64,000 nucleotides of DNA from Somniosus microcephalus (Eukaryota), in NCBI GenBank assembly GCA_052327205.1, contig CM126228.1, positions 11,718,001 to 11,782,000 of the forward strand, given 5' to 3'. This document shows, one piece after another, positions 60,790 through 64,000 of the stretch. Position numbers and translations under genes: made by a program. A model generated the notes under the pieces. It had not been told where the DNA came from, did no database searches, and saw only the letters and a list, made by a program, of their open reading frames with translations. How positions within the stretch are numbered: the first letter of the stretch is position 1; the number at the start of each line of letters is the position of its first letter.

Positions 60790-61090
60790 TCTTCTTCGGC
60801 GGAACCGAGGATGACTTGCTTCCACATTAAAAATGAGTTCGCAGGTGACTGATGAGTCCAATGCGGGACTTACAGTCTCTGTCACAGGTGGGGCAGATGG
60901 TGATTGAAGGGGCGGGTGGGTGGGGTGCTTGGGTTGACGTGCGCTCCTTGCGCTGCCTGCACTTGGCTTCCGCTTGCTTCCGGCGAAGAGACTTGAGGTG
61001 TTTGGCGCCTTCCCGGATGCTTCTCCTCCACTTTGTGCGGTCTTGGGCCAGGGATTCCCAGGTGTCGGTGGGGATGTTACACTTTTTCAT
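60790..61090 (-). mobile_element. RTE (BovB-like) LINE 3' end
   Basis: KKCNIPTDTWESLAQDRTKWRRSIREG...CPTCDRDCKSRIGLISHLRTH is the characteristic RTE C-terminal C2H2 finger, followed by a short 3' UTR. Confidence 0.9.
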
Positions 61091-62391
61091 GTATTGTCAC
61101 TGAGAATTACGTTCCCACTTCAGGAGAGTGTCTTCAGTGCTGAAACCCTTTGAGTGTACTGAACCACAGTGGGAATTATATGATCATTGATGGTTTAATA
61201 AAGCAGGGGACAATGGAAAAATAACTGCAACCACTGTGTTGGGGTGGGGGGAGGGAAGGGAAGAGAGTGAATGGGACAAGTCATTCCTTCTCCCTCACAA
61301 CCCCCCCCCCCCCCCCCCCCCCCAACCGCTCCCCAAACAAGGACCTGCACTTTGTTTAGCATGGGTGATGTCACCTCCTTTACCTCCTCCAAATTCTGGG
61401 ATTAACCCCTGATGTCCAATTTCTTCTGCACTCTCACCCTGTTTTGTATATGTGGTTCTTCATCTGGATGGAAAGTTCATTTTTTTGTTGTTGAAGCGTT
61501 TGATACCAAGTTGGGCAGTACATCTTGATTACCCAATGTTTCTTTCCATTAAATGTAAGTTTTTGTGTTTTCTTTTAACAATGCATACACTGGTGTGAGA
61601 GTCACATCCCTCTAGTATGGCAAATTACTGCTAAGCAGCATGCAATTGTAATGTAGAAAACAATTATCAAAAACCACCTGGGTGATTCATGCTCCAGAGT
61701 TTATAATGCGGGCTGAAATAGTAGAGGGTCTGAATCAGTCACCAATCAGGAAATGTAGAAAGACATGTACAATAACACATGGAGGCCATTCATGCGATTA
61801 ACCAGATTTCCATTGTTTACTATTTTTGAACAATTGTGCAATAGGTTTGCTGTGAAGCATAAAATGTTGTGTATAAAGAAATTTGAGATGGTTGGAAATA
61901 TTAAACAACGTGCCGATGAAATCAATCATGGTGCATTGTTGGAAGGAGATGGGGGGGGATGGAGAGAAAGATTCACAATAAAACAGCAGAATTATTCAAA
62001 CCTGATCCTTGCAATGTGCAAGTGTGTTCTCTTGCAGATCACGGCAATGGCCATGCCTTCCTACAATTTCTGATTACAAAAATAATATGGAAATACAAAA
62101 CCTTCTGAAACGGTAAAAGGCCCAGACCCACCAGTCTATGCCTTTTTGATATATCAGCCAACATACAAGCCTTCCCACCATACCACTCAGTTCCATCTCT
62201 CTCTAGCAATACACAGAGCTGTCGCCTGAACCCTCGTTGCCCTCTGAACCTTGAGCCCTCTCTTGGTAATTTTTATCACCCTTTGGATGTTGACATTCCT
62301 CTTGTGTCCCTTTTAGTATTTGAACCTTTTTTTTTCCTGATTACGCCCCTGTGAAGCATCTTGGGCTGTTCTGTGTTAAAGGCGCTATATA

Positions 62392-62655
62392 CAGGAAACT
62401 TTCTGGTATCCGGCACGGACATACTCAGAGCTCCGTATAAAGCAACAAACCCTGTTGCACAGCTTCAAAACAATCGGCACAAGTTGCAAGCGTCTCTGTA
62501 GCTTAGCAACAGCTTCAGCTACACCCTTGCACAGCAACAAATCAATTAAAAAAAAGTAACGAAAAGTAAAAAAAGTTACCTGAACCAACTCCTGAATTTT
62601 GCCGGTGGATAGAGCGTTCCAGTTATTTAGGGGCCGGTTAATCGAAAGCTTCCTG
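62392..62655. mobile_element. Tc1/mariner (Tigger-like) MITE, copy 2, with TA duplication
   Basis: TA|CAGGAAACTT...AAGCTTCCTG|TA, inserted into the L2/SINE tail 'ggcgctatata^aatgcaagttgtt'. Confidence 0.85.
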
Positions 62656-64000
62656 TAAATGCAAGTTGTTTTGTCAGTAATTGTGTAGTGAGCTTGTGCA
62701 GGGTCTCCAGAACACTGCACTTACAGATGCCATCTGCATGTCCTAAATGGCAATGGGGGTGGGGGTGGCGGGCAGTGCTGGTGATGTCCTCTCATTAACC
62801 AGTGTCTTTTTGGTAACCGTTCTGATTGGGCCTATATCAAGTAACTCTAGGTTCTGCAGCACTTGAACATCCATTCCAATTCCATTTCATTTTAATGTTT
62901 CTATAAAACATTTCAGCAAAATTCAACCCGTGCAGTCTTCAACCTATGTATGGTGAAATATGATAGGAGTCTAAAGCATGTCCACCATAATCAACCCAAG
63001 CCCTACTTGTGGCAGAGCAACACCATTCTCACTGTGCAAGATTTTCTCAGAACTTTAGAGTTATGAATGTGTTTGTTGCTCCTTGGACCTCACCCATAAT
63101 ATAAACAACTTTATTTTGAGTGGGCAGCCATTGGAGACTCCTGTTTCTGGTTTTATTTATGTACCAAGGTAGTTGGTATAAGATCAGCTGATACAAGATG
63201 TGGGGGATTGATCCTGGGGCCTTCTGGTCTGTGTTCAGCTGGTAAAGACTGTTGGGAGTCTTGCATTGTACTTTCAATTTAAAAAAAAAAAGTGCCACCA
63301 AAATTGCAGAATTTAAACAGCAACAATATCAGTTATTTAAAACTTTGCATATAATTAAAGGAACAGTTTGGTACAGCTAAGCTCAGACAGCTCAAAAGTT
63401 CATTACTACCCATTCAGGGAGCATTGGATGTCATTTAAGGTGCTGCTTCTAGTTTGCGTAAGTTATTCCGTGATGCGTATGACATACACCCTCAATTTTT
63501 GCACTGAACTATTCCTAAAAATAGTTCACAAACTGCCACTAGGTCACCTATTGGATGAACATGGTGCTGCATGCACAGTAATTTGGGGTTTTATGATGGA
63601 TTAAGTCTTTAAAAAAAAATGTTTTATCTTTTCACCCCCTCCATAATGGATGGAATTTTAGTACTGTCTCCTCCCTGCCCCTGAAGACACTGGTTCGCCC
63701 GGTGGCCAGTCTTGATCGAGCTGAGGTCGTGCACGTCCGCACGCTGTTTGACACTAGGGACATCACAGCTGAGCCCAATCCTATTGGTCAAAGTTCACAC
63801 TTCTGCCGTTTCCAGCAGAGATCACTGGGCAGCGATGTGAAATGGGAACCTTGGATGATTTTTTTTCTCCTCTTTGCCTCCCTCCCACCCCCTCCCCAAC
63901 CTGAGGGAAATTGTGATGTCTGTACTGATAGCTGAACATGGTGGTGGATTGAATCTGGAATCTCTGATTTGTATCGCTCGTTTCCATATTGGCAATGGCT

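Overview
Eukaryotic genomic DNA, very probably from a cartilaginous fish (shark-type CR1/L2/Deu-SINE/Penelope repeat landscape). The + strand carries the last 12 coding exons of CTC1, the large subunit of the telomeric CST complex (8720-43599). All have GT-AG junctions with matching phases and give about 684 aa to the stop; earlier exons lie upstream of the window. About 4.5 kb downstream a CpG-rich promoter starts a second + strand gene (exon 1 M-E-Q, exon 2 of 266 bp) that I cannot name. Most remaining sequence is intron or intergenic DNA filled with decayed retro- and DNA transposons. The most notable non-coding signal is a set of Penelope-associated minimal hammerhead-ribozyme motifs (CUGACGA-stem II-GAAA-palindromic stem III). 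Two look intact (689-725 and 26921-26959), and several sit in short (~100-130 bp) insertions with target-site duplications. All gene and family assignments are from recalled protein or consensus similarity, not database searches.
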